A stretch of DNA of 64,000 bases, taken from NCBI GenBank assembly GCA_963827235.1, contig CAWHAE010000014.1, forward strand, positions 397,891 to 461,890, read 5' to 3'. Below, one piece after another: positions 35,308-55,357 of this stretch (position 1 is its first letter; every line of letters starts with the position of its first letter). The translations under genes and the position numbers were made by a program. The notes beneath the pieces were generated by a model that ran no database searches, was not told the DNA's origin, and worked only from the letters and a program-made list of their open reading frames with translations. The DNA is from an uncultured bacterium (GTDB taxonomy: Bacteria; Chloroflexota; UBA5177; JANWHV01).

Positions 35308-35592
35308 CTACTTCAGCGCCGTCGAGCGCTCGGTCTTGCCACCGTGCCCACGGAAGTGGCGCGTCGGCGCGAATTCGCCGAGCCTGTGGCCCACCATGTT
35401 CTCACTAATGTAGATCGGAACGTGGCGCCTCCCGTCGTGGACGGCGATGGTGTGATTGACGAACTCCGGGAAGATCGTCGAGGCGCGAGACCACGTCTTG
35501 ATGATCTTTCTCTCGCGGGTCTTGTTCATCGATTCGATTTTCTTCATCAGACTCGCCTCGACGAACCAGCCCTTCTTTGTCGATCGTGACAT
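35308..35592 (-). CDS. rpsS: 30S ribosomal protein S19
   Basis: [22 protein letters not shown]. Confidence 0.98.
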   Translation of the reverse strand: MSRSTKKGWFVEASLMKKIESMNKTRERKIIKTWSRASTIFPEFVNHTIAVHDGRRHVPIYISENMVGHRLGEFAPTRHFRGHGGKTERSTALK

Positions 35593-35609
35593 AGCGCTAC
35601 CTCCCTTCC

Positions 35610-36434
35610 CTACTTCTTGCGCCGCCGGACGATCAGGCGATCGGTCTTCGGACTATGGCGCGTGCGGTGGCCCATGGCCGGCCTGCCCCACGGAGTCTGC
35701 GGCTGGCCGCCGATCGGTGCCCTACCCTCGCCACCGCCGTGCGGGTGATCGACCGGGTTCATGACGGATCCACGAACAGTCGGGCGAATGCCCATCCATC
35801 GTGTACGACCCGCTTTGCCGATACTCTCGTTCTCGTGATCCAGGTTCCCAACTTGACCGAGCGTGGCCCGCGCCGTCAGCGGTACCAGCCGTACCTCGCC
35901 GCTGGGCATACGTATCTGGGCGAACTTGCCCTCCTTGGCCATAAGCTGAGCGGCAGCTCCGGCGCTCCGGACCAGCTGCCCGCCCTTCCCCGGCTCCAGC
36001 TCGATGTTGTGCAGCGTGCTGCCCAGTGGAAGGCTCCGCAGCGGCAATGTGTTGCCGACACGAATTTCCGCCTCGGCGCCGGACATGATCAACTGTCCGA
36101 CTTGCAGGCCATTCGGGGCCAGGATGTAGCGCTTCTCGCCGTCGCCGTAAACCACGAGGGCGATGCGTGCCGTCCTGTTCGGGTCATACTCGATTGACGC
36201 TACCTTGGCTGGTATACCGTCCTTGTCCCGCTTGAAATCGATGATGCGATAACGCCTCTTGTGACCGCCGCCCCGATGGCGAACGGTAATGCGGCCCTGA
36301 TTGTTGCGGCCGGCATGGCGCTTCAACGACTCGGTCAACGACTTTTCCGGCTTGCTGCGTGTGATCTCCTCGAAATCGGAGACTGACATGCTTCGCCTGC
36401 CTGGAGACGTCGGCTTGTATTTCTTCACTGGCAT
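35610..36434 (-). CDS. rplB: 50S ribosomal protein L2
   Basis: [28 protein letters not shown]. Confidence 0.98.
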   Translation of the reverse strand: MPVKKYKPTSPGRRSMSVSDFEEITRSKPEKSLTESLKRHAGRNNQGRITVRHRGGGHKRRYRIIDFKRDKDGIPAKVASIEYDPNRTARIALVVYGDGEKRYILAPNGLQVGQLIMSGAEAEIRVGNTLPLRSLPLGSTLHNIELEPGKGGQLVRSAGAAAQLMAKEGKFAQIRMPSGEVRLVPLTARATLGQVGNLDHENESIGKAGRTRWMGIRPTVRGSVMNPVDHPHGGGEGRAPIGGQPQTPWGRPAMGHRTRHSPKTDRLIVRRRKK

Positions 36435-36446
36435 TGGCTTAGTACC

Positions 36447-36767
36447 TCACACACTGCCGAAGAAATCTTCGATTGTCTGACCAGGCTCGAGAGTCACAAA
36501 AGCCTTTTTCCAGCCTGGGATCGTGCCACGGCGCTTGCCCATGCCGCGCATGCGTGCTCGAACCGTCGCAGTGTTGACGTCAAGAACCTTGACGCTGAAT
36601 CGCTTCTCAACAGCTTCGCGAATCTCGACCTTGTTTGCCCCTTGGGGGACTCGGAACGTGTACTTGGGGCTTGGGTTGCTGCCTCGACGCCGCGAAGGAG
36701 TCGGGTTAGCCTGCGCGGTGCTCTTCTCGGTAATCACCGGCCGCTCGAGAATCTCGTAGAGGTCCAT
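36447..36767 (-). CDS. rplW: 50S ribosomal protein L23
   Basis: PVITEKS, ANKVEI, WKKAFVTL. Confidence 0.96.
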   Translation of the reverse strand: MDLYEILERPVITEKSTAQANPTPSRRRGSNPSPKYTFRVPQGANKVEIREAVEKRFSVKVLDVNTATVRARMRGMGKRRGTIPGWKKAFVTLEPGQTIEDFFGSV

Positions 36768-37390
36768 CAGCCCAACTTCCCTTCGATGGAGCGAATCGTC
36801 GTGGGGGTTGTCAGCACCCAATCTGCGTCGATCACATCGTACGTGTTCAAGATTGAGGCCGGGACCAGACGTACGTCGGGGATGTTCCGCATGCTCTGCA
36901 GAATGACGTCGTCACGCTCGTCCAGGACGACGAGCACCTTTCGCGAAAGCGACAGTGCTTTCAAGAGATCGACCATCGCCTTGGTACGCGGCTCAGCCAA
37001 GCCGAACGAGTCGATTACCCGGATGCGCTCCTGCCGAACCTTGTCGGACAACACGCACCGCAGGGCGCCCTGGCGCATCTTCTGCGGCACTCGCTGCCGC
37101 CATTCTCGCGGTAGCGGGCCAAACACGACGCCTCCGCCAATCCATTGGGGGGCTCGAGTGCTTCCCTGCCGGGCTCGACCGGTGCCTTTCTGGCGGTACG
37201 GCTTCTTGCCGCCGCCGGACACCTCACCGCGGGTCAGCACTTTCGCCGTGCCCTGACGTTGGTTGGCGAGGTACGCGACTACCGTCTGATGCACCAGGGC
37301 GGTGTTCTCAGGGGCGTCGAATACGCGTTCGCTCACCTCCAGCGTGGAAACGGCCGTGCCCGCGGCACTGAAAACCTGAATGTGAGGCAT
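36767..37390 (-). CDS. rplD: 50S ribosomal protein L4
   Basis: KPYRQKGTGRARQGS, GGGVVFGP. Confidence 0.98.
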   Translation of the reverse strand: MPHIQVFSAAGTAVSTLEVSERVFDAPENTALVHQTVVAYLANQRQGTAKVLTRGEVSGGGKKPYRQKGTGRARQGSTRAPQWIGGGVVFGPLPREWRQRVPQKMRQGALRCVLSDKVRQERIRVIDSFGLAEPRTKAMVDLLKALSLSRKVLVVLDERDDVILQSMRNIPDVRLVPASILNTYDVIDADWVLTTPTTIRSIEGKLG

Positions 37391-37462
37391 TCGATATAGT
37401 CCTTTAACCTATCAGCGTCCAGTCCCGGTGCCTCTCGCCCCGGGACTCACGGTTGACGGTGG

Positions 37463-38098
37463 TCACTTCGCGGCGTGCTTCTTCACGGCCCGCCGGACGG
37501 TGACCAGGCCCTGGTCCGCACCGGGAACAGGACCCTTTACCAGCAATACGTTGTTTTCTGCGTCCACCCCGACGATCTGCAAGCTCAGAATCGTGTGTCG
37601 TACGTTGCCCATGTGACCGGCCATGCGCGTGCCCTTGAACACGCGGCCCGGCGTGGTACCGGACCCGATCGATCCAGGGGCGCGATGCCGGTCCGACTGG
37701 CCGTGTGTCTTGGGTCCGCCATGGAAGCCATGCCGCTTGACCCCGCCTTGAAATCCCTTGCCCTTGGTAGTGCCGGTGACGTCCACGTAGTCACCCTTGG
37801 TGAAGATGCTCACGGTGATCGGCTTGCCAACCTCGACGTCATTCGCGCTCGTCCGCAACTCTCGAAGAACGCGGAAATTACCGAGATTGCGCTTCCTCAG
37901 GTAGCCGGCTTTAGGTTTGGTCAACTGCTTGCGCGTCGAATCAAAAGCCACCTGAACAGCCTCGTAGCCGTCTTTCACCGTCGTACGCACGGCGGTCACG
38001 AAGCACGGCCCCGCCTGGATCACCGTAACCGGAACGACGCTGCCGTCCTCGGCGAACACCTGCGTCATGCCGACCTTTCGACCCAGTATGTGGTCCAT
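37463..38098 (-). CDS. rplC: 50S ribosomal protein L3
   Basis: [21 protein letters not shown]. Confidence 0.98.
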   Translation of the reverse strand: MDHILGRKVGMTQVFAEDGSVVPVTVIQAGPCFVTAVRTTVKDGYEAVQVAFDSTRKQLTKPKAGYLRKRNLGNFRVLRELRTSANDVEVGKPITVSIFTKGDYVDVTGTTKGKGFQGGVKRHGFHGGPKTHGQSDRHRAPGSIGSGTTPGRVFKGTRMAGHMGNVRHTILSLQIVGVDAENNVLLVKGPVPGADQGLVTVRRAVKKHAAK

Positions 38099-38112
38099 CA
38101 GCCTCTCTCCAG

Positions 38113-38421
38113 CTACAGCTTCATTTCGATGTCGACGCCGGCAGGCAACGACAGCTTCGCAAGCGACTCAAGCGTGCGCGGATTAGGATCCAGGACGTCA
38201 ATCAGCCGCTTGTGAGTCCGGATTTCAAACTGCTCCCGTGAATCCTTGTCGATGAATGGCGACCGGATCACGGTGAAGCGCTGGATGTCGGTGGGCAGTG
38301 GAACCGGACCCGACACTTCCGCGCCCGTGCGCTGGGCCGTTTCCACGATCTGACGGGCAGACTGATCAAGGACCTTATGATCGTATGCCTTGAGCCGGAT
38401 GCGAATGCGTTGCTTGGCCAT
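38113..38421 (-). CDS. rpsJ: 30S ribosomal protein S10
   Basis: [21 protein letters not shown]. Confidence 0.98.
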   Translation of the reverse strand: MAKQRIRIRLKAYDHKVLDQSARQIVETAQRTGAEVSGPVPLPTDIQRFTVIRSPFIDKDSREQFEIRTHKRLIDVLDPNPRTLESLAKLSLPAGVDIEMKL

Positions 38422-38445
38422 ACCTCTCCTTCCGCCGCTGAACTA

Positions 38446-38479
38446 AACCGCCCGAGTCTCGAAGCGATCTCGGGCGGTT
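38446..38479 (-). terminator. stem-loop between tuf and rpsJ
   Basis: Perfect 11-bp inverted repeat AACCGCCCGAG/CTCGGGCGGTT; weak U tail. Confidence 0.45.
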
Positions 38480-38491
38480 CAATCTTCAAGG

Positions 38492-39697
<1,206 letters not shown>

Positions 39698-39706
39698 AAT
39701 CCTCTC

Positions 39707-41788
39707 CTAAACCTTTGCCTTCTGCGTCAGCTCCTCGAAGATATTCCGCGGCACGAAGTCGTAGTGCGATGGTTCCATGGTGTTCTGAGCCCGGCCCTGT
39801 GTCATGGATCGCAACGAAGTAGTGTAACCGAACATCTCCGACAACGGCACCAGCGCCCTGATCACCCGGCCGTTGCCAACCTGATCCATCGCCTCGATAT
39901 GCCCTCTTCGTGCCGTCAGGTCTCCCATGATCTCGCCCATGAAGTCCTCGGGCGTGTTGACCTCGACGCGCATGATCGGCTCCAGAATGGTTGGGTTCGC
40001 CTTGCGCACTGCTTCTTTGAGGGCAATGGATCCGGCAATGTGGAATGCCTGCTCTGAAGAGTCCACCTCGTGGAACGTACCGTCGAACAACGAGACCTTG
40101 ATGTCCACCAGCGGGTAGCCGGCGATCACGCCGTTTCGCGCCGCCTCGAAGGCGCCTTCCCTTACAGCCGGAATAAACTCGCGAGGAATGGCGCCGCCCG
40201 TAATCTTGTCGTCAAACTGGTAGCCGGCTCCGCGATCGAGAGGTGCAACTTCGATCCACACATCGGCAAACTGACCCTTACCTCCCGTCTGCCTGGCATA
40301 GCGGTGATGCTGCTTGGCGGAGGTCGTGATTGCCTCGCGATAGGCGACCTGCGGGCGGCCGGTGTTCGCGTTGACGCTGAATTCGCGCCGCATACGATCC
40401 ACCATAATCTCGAGATGCAGCTCTCCCATGCCGGAGATAATCGTCTGGTTCGTCTCCTCGTCGGTGCGCACGCGGAAGGTCGGGTCTTCCTCGGCCAATC
40501 GGGTCAAGGCATTACCCATCTTGTCCTGGTCAAGCTTCGACTTCGGCTCGATGGCCACCGTGATCACCGGCTCGGCAAACTTGATCGCTTCGAGAATGAC
40601 CGGAGCGGATGGATCGCAGAGCGTGTCTCCCGTGAATGTGTTCTTCAGTCCCACCACAGCCGCTATGTCGCCTGCGTAGACCTCGGTGATGTCCTCCCGG
40701 TGGTCGGCGTGCATCTGCAGCAGACGCCCTACGCGCTCGCGATTGCCTTTTGACGAATTCATGAGGTAGGAGCCCGCGGACAGCTTTCCTGAGTAGACGC
40801 GGAAATAGCAGAGCCGGCCGACGTACGGGTCGGAAACGATCTTGAAAGCCAGGGCAGCGAACGGCGCGGTCTCACTGGCCGGCCGTGCTACCTTCTCGCC
40901 GCTCGAGGGATCGATCCCTTCTACCGGAGGCAGGTCGAGCGGTGACGGCAGATAGTCAATAACGGCGTCCAGCATCGGCTGCACGCCCTTGTTGCGAAGC
41001 GCCGAACCGCAGAACACCGGGCTGATTGCACCTGCAAGCACGCCGCTGCGCAGCGCCTTTTTCAGCTCCTCAATCGAGAACGTATCGCCTTCCAGGAAGC
41101 GTCCCAGCAGGTCGTCGTCGCCGGCGGCCTCGATGATCTTCTCCACCAGCACCTCGCGGTGCTTCTCCGCATCCTCGACGAGATCTCCCGGGATGTCCTC
41201 CACGGTGTAGTTCGCGCCGCGCTCGTCATGATAGAGGGTCGCCTTCATCTCGAGCAGATCGATGATTCCCCGGAAGGTGGCCTCAATACCTATCGGAAGC
41301 TGCGCTGGAACCGAGTTCGCCCCAAGACGCTCCTTGAGCATGTCGACGCAGCGCCAGAAATCGGCGCCGGTGCGGTCCATCTTGTTGGCGAAGACAATGC
41401 GTGGAACACTGTACTTATCTGCCTGGCGCCAGACCTTCTCGGACTGAGGCTCAACGCCGGCTACGCCGTCGAGCACCACGATACCGCCGTCAAGCACGCG
41501 CAGAGACCGCTCGACCTCGGCGGTGAAGTCCACGTGCCCCGGGGTATCGATGATGTTGATACGGTGATCGTTCCAGAAGCAGGTCGTGGCCGCGGACGTG
41601 ATCGTGATGCCGCGCTCTTTCTCCTGCTCCATCCAGTCCATCGTGGCGGCGCCCTCGTGGACCTCGCCTACCTTATGGATGCGACCGGTATAGAACAATA
41701 TACGCTCGGTCGTCGTGGTCTTACCCGCGTCGATGTGAGCGATGATACCGATGTTTCTCGTCCGCTCGAGCGGAACAGCGCGAGGCAT
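39707..41788 (-). CDS. fusA: elongation factor G
   Basis: [27 protein letters not shown]. Confidence 0.99.
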   Translation of the reverse strand: MPRAVPLERTRNIGIIAHIDAGKTTTTERILFYTGRIHKVGEVHEGAATMDWMEQEKERGITITSAATTCFWNDHRINIIDTPGHVDFTAEVERSLRVLDGGIVVLDGVAGVEPQSEKVWRQADKYSVPRIVFANKMDRTGADFWRCVDMLKERLGANSVPAQLPIGIEATFRGIIDLLEMKATLYHDERGANYTVEDIPGDLVEDAEKHREVLVEKIIEAAGDDDLLGRFLEGDTFSIEELKKALRSGVLAGAISPVFCGSALRNKGVQPMLDAVIDYLPSPLDLPPVEGIDPSSGEKVARPASETAPFAALAFKIVSDPYVGRLCYFRVYSGKLSAGSYLMNSSKGNRERVGRLLQMHADHREDITEVYAGDIAAVVGLKNTFTGDTLCDPSAPVILEAIKFAEPVITVAIEPKSKLDQDKMGNALTRLAEEDPTFRVRTDEETNQTIISGMGELHLEIMVDRMRREFSVNANTGRPQVAYREAITTSAKQHHRYARQTGGKGQFADVWIEVAPLDRGAGYQFDDKITGGAIPREFIPAVREGAFEAARNGVIAGYPLVDIKVSLFDGTFHEVDSSEQAFHIAGSIALKEAVRKANPTILEPIMRVEVNTPEDFMGEIMGDLTARRGHIEAMDQVGNGRVIRALVPLSEMFGYTTSLRSMTQGRAQNTMEPSHYDFVPRNIFEELTQKAKV

Positions 41789-41870
41789 GGTAATCTCCCT
41801 GGTTCGATAGCGCGTCCGCGGTCAGCCTGAGCACGTCGGCTCTACCCAACGCGCGTGTCGACCCCGAATG

Positions 41871-42341
41871 CTACCAACGATAGTGGGCGTACGCCTTATT
41901 CGACTCCGCCATCTTGTGTGTGTCTTCTCTGCGCTTCACGGTAGCTCCCGTGCCGTTTGCCGCGTCACGCAGTTCGGATGCCAGCTTCTCAGCCATCGAC
42001 TTACCTGACCGCGCCCGAGCCGATCGGATCAGCCAGCGCATGGCCAATGCAGTGCGGCGGTCGCCGCGGATCTCCACCGGGACCTGGTACGTCGAGCCGC
42101 CAACGCGCCGGGGCTTGACCTCGAGAATCGGCGTGGCATTGCGCATCGCCAGCTCGAACGTATCCATCGGCGGCCGATGGGTTTGGTGTTCGATCTGATC
42201 CATTGCTCCGTAGAATATGCCTTCGGAGATGGACTTCTTTCCGCCCTTCATAAGGCAGTTGATGAACTTCGAGACAGTCTTGCTGCCAAACCGTGCGTCC
42301 GGTGTCAATACTCGCCGGCTCACTCGTGCGCGACGCGGCAT
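41871..42341 (-). CDS. rpsG: 30S ribosomal protein S7
   Basis: RRVGGSTYQVP, NKAYAHYRW. Confidence 0.98.
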   Translation of the reverse strand: MPRRARVSRRVLTPDARFGSKTVSKFINCLMKGGKKSISEGIFYGAMDQIEHQTHRPPMDTFELAMRNATPILEVKPRRVGGSTYQVPVEIRGDRRTALAMRWLIRSARARSGKSMAEKLASELRDAANGTGATVKRREDTHKMAESNKAYAHYRW

Positions 42342-42561
42342 CTCGATCCCCCTAACCAACCTCGACAATCGACCCGCCATGCCTGGAGGCGAACGGTGCC
42401 CAGGCTCCCTGGGCAGTTGCTCCCCACGCCCTCTGGCACAGCCAGAGGCACTGACAAGAGAGGCCGGTACCACCAACCCCTCCGCAGTGCCTCTGGACGT
42501 GCCATCCGTTGGCTATGCGCCGGCAACCGTACCGGGTCCCGGCTCACGGCCCGCCAATTAC

Positions 42562-43005
42562 TTAGCGCTTGCCTCCGGCTTTTGCGTCGCCGGCCTTCGG
42601 ACGTTTCGCCCCGTACTTCGATCGCCCTTGTTTGCGATCCTTGACACCCGCGGCGTCAAGAGTGCCGCGGACAATGTGATAGCGAACGCCCGGAAGATCC
42701 TTCACGCGACCGCCACGGATCAAGACGACAGAGTGCTCCTGCAGATTATGACCTTCGCCAGGTATGTACGCGGTCACCTCGTACCCGTTGCTCAGCCGTA
42801 CGCGCGCGATCTTGCGAAGTGCCGAGTTCGGCTTCTTCGGTGTGATCGTTTTCACCTGGGTACAGACGCCACGCTTCTGCGGAGCGCCCTTCAGCCTCAG
42901 TGGCTTCTGCTCGAGCGAGTTGTACGCCCACCGGAGCGCCGGAGCAGCCGTCTTTTTTGGTGTTCGGGCGCGGCCCTTGCGAACCAGTTGCCGGATCGTA
43001 GGCAC
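42562..43005 (-). CDS. rpsL: 30S ribosomal protein S12
   Basis: GTG start, [20 protein letters not shown]. Confidence 0.98.
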   Translation of the reverse strand: MPTIRQLVRKGRARTPKKTAAPALRWAYNSLEQKPLRLKGAPQKRGVCTQVKTITPKKPNSALRKIARVRLSNGYEVTAYIPGEGHNLQEHSVVLIRGGRVKDLPGVRYHIVRGTLDAAGVKDRKQGRSKYGAKRPKAGDAKAGGKR

Positions 43006-43111
43006 GATTCCAATCCCTCTTATATGAAAGATGGTGATTTGTCCAGGCACAACGTACTTGGGCCGCCATCCGGACGACAAAAAGTCAACCGACTTATAGC
43101 CACGATTTCCC

Positions 43112-43140
43112 ATTTTACCAGCAGAGGCCGCGCCCGTCAA
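43112..43140 (-). promoter_or_regulatory. sigma70-type promoter of the str operon
   Basis: TTGACG-N17-TAAAAT with TG extension. Confidence 0.7.
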
Positions 43141-43275
43141 CGCCAAATCCGTCAGACCGTCTGAATCGAACGAAGTCGCGGAGCCCACAGGGCTGGAAAA
43201 CCGGCGAGACGATAGCGGGCGCCGGCAGATTGAGTCGCCGGCGCCTTCCCTCCGTAAGCAAGTCTCTATTCTGCT

Positions 43276-51888
<8,613 letters not shown>

Positions 51889-51981
51889 ACGGCTGTCCTC
51901 TCCTTCACTTCGAGGATCGTGGATGGGTACATCCGGGTTCGCAAGGTAGAACTCACCCTCCGCTTTGCCCGGCAACAAAAA

Positions 51982-52011
51982 ATGGTAACACGAACAGCCC
52001 GCGCTCGGCAA
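51982..52011 (-). promoter_or_regulatory. putative rpoBC promoter
   Basis: TTGCCG-N18-TACCAT with TGn extension. Confidence 0.5.
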
Positions 52012-52226
52012 GGGGGCTGATGCGGTCAATTCATGGTTAATCCACTACCCGTTCCGTTCGGACCGCGGGCGGCGCCTGGAATCGGCCCCGCCCTGGACAC
52101 ACATCGGGAGATGGACGGCTACCCCTCCACTGATCGGGGTAGCCTGGCGATACTCAGTAGGCGCTTGCTGGCTCACCAGTCGAGCCCGCGACGCCTACTA
52201 GCCTGATGCTGCGGTCGAAGGCTCGC

Positions 52227-52397
52227 CTACTTGCCCGGGAACGTCTTGTTTCGGCAGTTCTTGCACACCTTGACCTGCTCGCCGCCGTTGCTCGCGCTAT
52301 AGAGCAGCTTAATCCGTGTGCGGCCACAGGTCGGGCACGATCCCCTGCCGTGGGCCGGGGTGCTTGTGAGACCTTTGCCGCGGTGCGTTTTGCCCAT
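52227..52397 (-). CDS. 56-aa basic Cys4 zinc-binding protein (not in ORF track); candidate ribosome-associated protein
   Basis: MGKTHRGKGLTSTPAHGRGSCPTCGRTRIKLLYSASNGGEQVKVCKNCRNKTFPGK*; purine-rich RBS, promoter and downstream hairpins. Confidence 0.8.
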   Translation of the reverse strand: MGKTHRGKGLTSTPAHGRGSCPTCGRTRIKLLYSASNGGEQVKVCKNCRNKTFPGK

Positions 52398-52512
52398 GTG
52401 CAACCTTTCCCTTCTCCGAATATAGAAGGTCCTTGCAGCCTGCGAGCAATCACTTGTCGCCGGACCGCGCTCAGGCGGCGCCGGTCGCTCGCGACGGGTT
52501 ACAGGCTTTAGT

Positions 52513-52541
52513 AGTGTATGCGAGGGCGGCTACAGCGGCAA
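52513..52541 (-). promoter_or_regulatory. promoter for the 56-aa Cys4 gene
   Basis: TTGCCG-N17-TACACT. Confidence 0.55.
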
Positions 52542-52687
52542 GAGCCGCCGGATCGGCCGGTTCTTTCGCTGCCGCGCGCCCGAGCCTGCACGGTGTATCG
52601 GCCACTCAGTCCACGATGTTGCCGTTTGGTATCGTTCTCATAGGAATCGGAACTATGGATACGCGCCAATCGGAAATGAAGGACCCA

Positions 52688-52717
52688 TTGCCGCGCTTCA
52701 GGCCCAGATGATACACT
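52688..52717 (+). promoter_or_regulatory. atp operon promoter
   Basis: TTGCCG-N18-TACACT with TGn extension. Confidence 0.55.
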
Positions 52718-52750
52718 GAAGCACGCATATTACGAGGAATCGAGTCGTCG

Positions 52751-52975
52751 ATGAAGTCCTCGGATGACTTGCCTGAGCAGCTCGCGCGGTCGGTGGCGGC
52801 TACCACGGCCATCGGGCTCGATTTTGCATGTGTTCTGTTGATCTGTGTTTTCCTTGGCACATTCGTCGACGGCAAGCTCGGAACAGGCCCCTTCGGGCTC
52901 GTGCTCGGCATAGTGGTCGGAATTGCTGGGGGCGGCTACTCGGCGTACACGCTGATTCGCCGCGTATTGAAATAG
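52751..52975 (+). CDS. AtpZ/AtpI family protein
   Basis: LGTFVDGKLGTGP motif, two TM helices, first gene of atp operon. Confidence 0.85.
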   Translation: MKSSDDLPEQLARSVAATTAIGLDFACVLLICVFLGTFVDGKLGTGPFGLVLGIVVGIAGGGYSAYTLIRRVLK

Positions 52976-53039
52976 ACTGGTGTGGTTCGGGTGAAAGATA
53001 GCCCCCTGGGCGCCGCCGCCCTCGCCTGCGTTTCCCCGC

Positions 53040-53414
53040 ATGCTTAGGGTTGTCGTCGTCCAAACCATCATGGCTTCGTGTGCCCTGGGCCTCGCTATGG
53101 CAGGCATGCTGCTGCTGGCCGGCCACACGCGCGAGTGTCTCGGCCTCCTGTTCGGGACCGCCGTCGGCGTGTGCAATGAAATGATGATTGCCAACAGGGT
53201 CGCGCGCATCGGCGAGTTTGGCTCAGCGCGCCAGACCGCTATCATGATGCGGATGGGCACGCTCACCCGCTTTCTCATGATTGGCATGGCCACGGTAATG
53301 CTCATCAAGCTGCACTCGACGATGAGCTTCGGCGCCGCCGTGGTCGGCATCGTCTTTCCGATTATCGTGGCGAACTTTGTCGGCGCCCGCTATCTCTTAC
53401 GTCCGGATCTGTAG
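53040..53414 (+). CDS. atpI: ATP synthase protein I (four TM)
   Basis: Four hydrophobic helices, immediately before atpB. Confidence 0.7.
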   Translation: MLRVVVVQTIMASCALGLAMAGMLLLAGHTRECLGLLFGTAVGVCNEMMIANRVARIGEFGSARQTAIMMRMGTLTRFLMIGMATVMLIKLHSTMSFGAAVVGIVFPIIVANFVGARYLLRPDL

Positions 53415-53432
53415 GGAGAGGACTGAACAGGT

Positions 53433-54191
53433 GTGAGCATCGCGGTACCAATACCACTTCTGGCCGACGTCTCTACCGAGATCGGCAAGCATCTCAGCAT
53501 TGGCCCAAATCCCAAGCAGGGAGCCCTGATAGGCGACGTGCTGCACGTGGACACGATGCTGAGCACGCTGCTGGTTGCCGCCGTGTTGTTCGCCTTGGCG
53601 TTCTATGTGCGCTCCAAGCTCACCAGCGGCGTCCCGGGTGGGGCACAGAATCTTGTCGAGTTGGTGCTGGAGTTTGTCATCGACACCGCAAAGGGCCAGA
53701 TCGGCGAGGCGCGGGCGCGCGTCATCGCACCGCTCGCGTTCACTCTGGCCATGTTCGTGTTTCTCAGCAACATGGTCGGCCTGATCCCGACCGGTGGCCT
53801 CTTCAAGTCGCCGACCGCCGACATGAACACCACGTTTGCGCTGGCATTCACCGTGATCGGATACGTGGAAGTCATGTCGTTCAGGGCGCGAAAGGCGAAG
53901 GGCTTCTTCAAGCACTTCGTCACGCCGCCTCTGCTGACACCGATTCTCGTCGTGGAGGAGCTCTCCAAACCGATCACGCTGTCATTGCGATTGTTCGGCA
54001 ATATCGCATCCGGCGAGATCATGCTCGTCATCGTGGCCAGTGCTCCAATCTGGCTGCAGTTTGTGCTCGCTCCTACATGGTCGTTCATCTGGGTCGGCTT
54101 CAGTATCTTTGTGGGGGCTGTACAGGCTTTCGTGTTTGTTATGTTGACAATCGCCTACTACGGCATCGGAACGGATACGGAGGGCCACTGA
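53433..54191 (+). CDS. atpB: F0F1 ATP synthase subunit a
   Basis: SPTADMN, TLSLRLFGNI, VQAFVFVML. Confidence 0.97.
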   Translation: MSIAVPIPLLADVSTEIGKHLSIGPNPKQGALIGDVLHVDTMLSTLLVAAVLFALAFYVRSKLTSGVPGGAQNLVELVLEFVIDTAKGQIGEARARVIAPLAFTLAMFVFLSNMVGLIPTGGLFKSPTADMNTTFALAFTVIGYVEVMSFRARKAKGFFKHFVTPPLLTPILVVEELSKPITLSLRLFGNIASGEIMLVIVASAPIWLQFVLAPTWSFIWVGFSIFVGAVQAFVFVMLTIAYYGIGTDTEGH

Positions 54192-54360
54192 GCTAGCCGG
54201 TCGCGCACCGGCATCGAGACCGCGCCCTCACTTGCTGAAAGCAGGTCGGGGAATGCAGCGACAAACGGTGCCCACCAGCTACGTGCGCTAGCAGTCATTC
54301 GAGAGGGTTCTCGTACCAGGGAATGGATCCCGAGGGTAAGAGTTCGTTGAGTAGGAGTGA

Positions 54361-54657
<297 letters not shown>

Positions 54658-54672
54658 GCCGGAGGCACGTCG

Positions 54673-54828
54673 ATGATCAAACCCCTCATTCTGTCCCAGG
54701 ACCTGGTCAGTATTGACTGGACCTTCCTCGCGCAGCTCATTGCCTTCGCGCTGATCCTCTACGTGCTGATCCGCTTCATGTACAAGCCGGTGACCACCGC
54801 GATGGAGACACGCGCGAACACGATTCGC
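54673..54828 (+). CDS. atpF: F0F1 ATP synthase subunit b, truncated at junction
   Basis: DWTFLAQLIAF..L..FMYKPV..AMETRANTI, then unrelated sequence. Confidence 0.85.
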
Positions 54829-54829
54829 G

Positions 54830-55200
54830 TGGACCGACGACCCGGCGGCCGACGTGGTGGTGCATTACGGCGCGAACTCCTGGTCGGCGGTCGCGACCGG
54901 CACGGCGGTGGGCGTGGTGAGCGTGTGGGCAGTTCGGATTCGGACGTTTTCGCCGTGGGCAACGGCGGCACGGTGCTGCACCACGACGGCGCGAGTTGGT
55001 CGGCCATGACCAGCGGCACGAGCGCGAATTTGGCGGGCGTGTGGGGCTCGGCGAGCGGACGACGTTTTCGCCGTGGGATATATGATCGTTCATTATGACG
55101 GGGTTTCCTGGTAGACCACGAACATTGAATTCGAATGGCATCTCGAGGGCGTTTGGGGATCATCGGCGACGGACGTGTTCGCCGTGGGATCCGATTTTTT
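54830..55200 (+). pseudogene. fragment of a beta-propeller repeat protein (VWGSS.DVFAVG repeats)
   Basis: Three copies of GACGT(T/G)TTCGCCGTGGG encoding DVFAVG; frameshifted; ends at a TIR-like motif. Confidence 0.7.
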
Positions 55201-55201
55201 A

Positions 55202-55226
55202 GGGGAATTATATACTTGATTTCCCC
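55202..55226 (+). repeat. putative left terminal inverted repeat of an IS1595-family element
   Basis: GGGGAATTATATACTTGATTTCCCC where the propeller gene is interrupted; related motif at 56583-56599 upstream of the transposase. Confidence 0.5.
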
Positions 55227-55357
55227 ATGTTTGTAACTACGCGAAAGTAAACAGGATTTCCCGCGCCTGATTCGGGCAAAAACTGCCGTTTCGGGCGCGG
55301 GGAGTCCGAATAAGGGGGACGCCACTGACTCAAACAGAGCGTTCGTCAGGCGTTCGA

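Noticed and set aside
33579-35408. Long antisense ORFs (also 100-1467, 13392-15161, 27360-28799, 38873-40057)
   Set aside because: Shadow frames of real genes in GC-rich DNA; no motifs of their own
52227-52397. Calling the small gene rpmB (L28)
   Set aside because: Lacks the N-terminal CxxC and the GxxVSHS and PN motifs of L28
54673-55098. AtpF-beta-propeller fusion protein
   Set aside because: The ORF crosses a probable chimeric junction and a frameshift
54940-55190. CRISPR-like repeats GACGT(T/G)TTCGCCGTGGG
   Set aside because: Only ~17 nt long, spaced over 100 nt apart, and encode DVFAVG protein repeats; no cas genes
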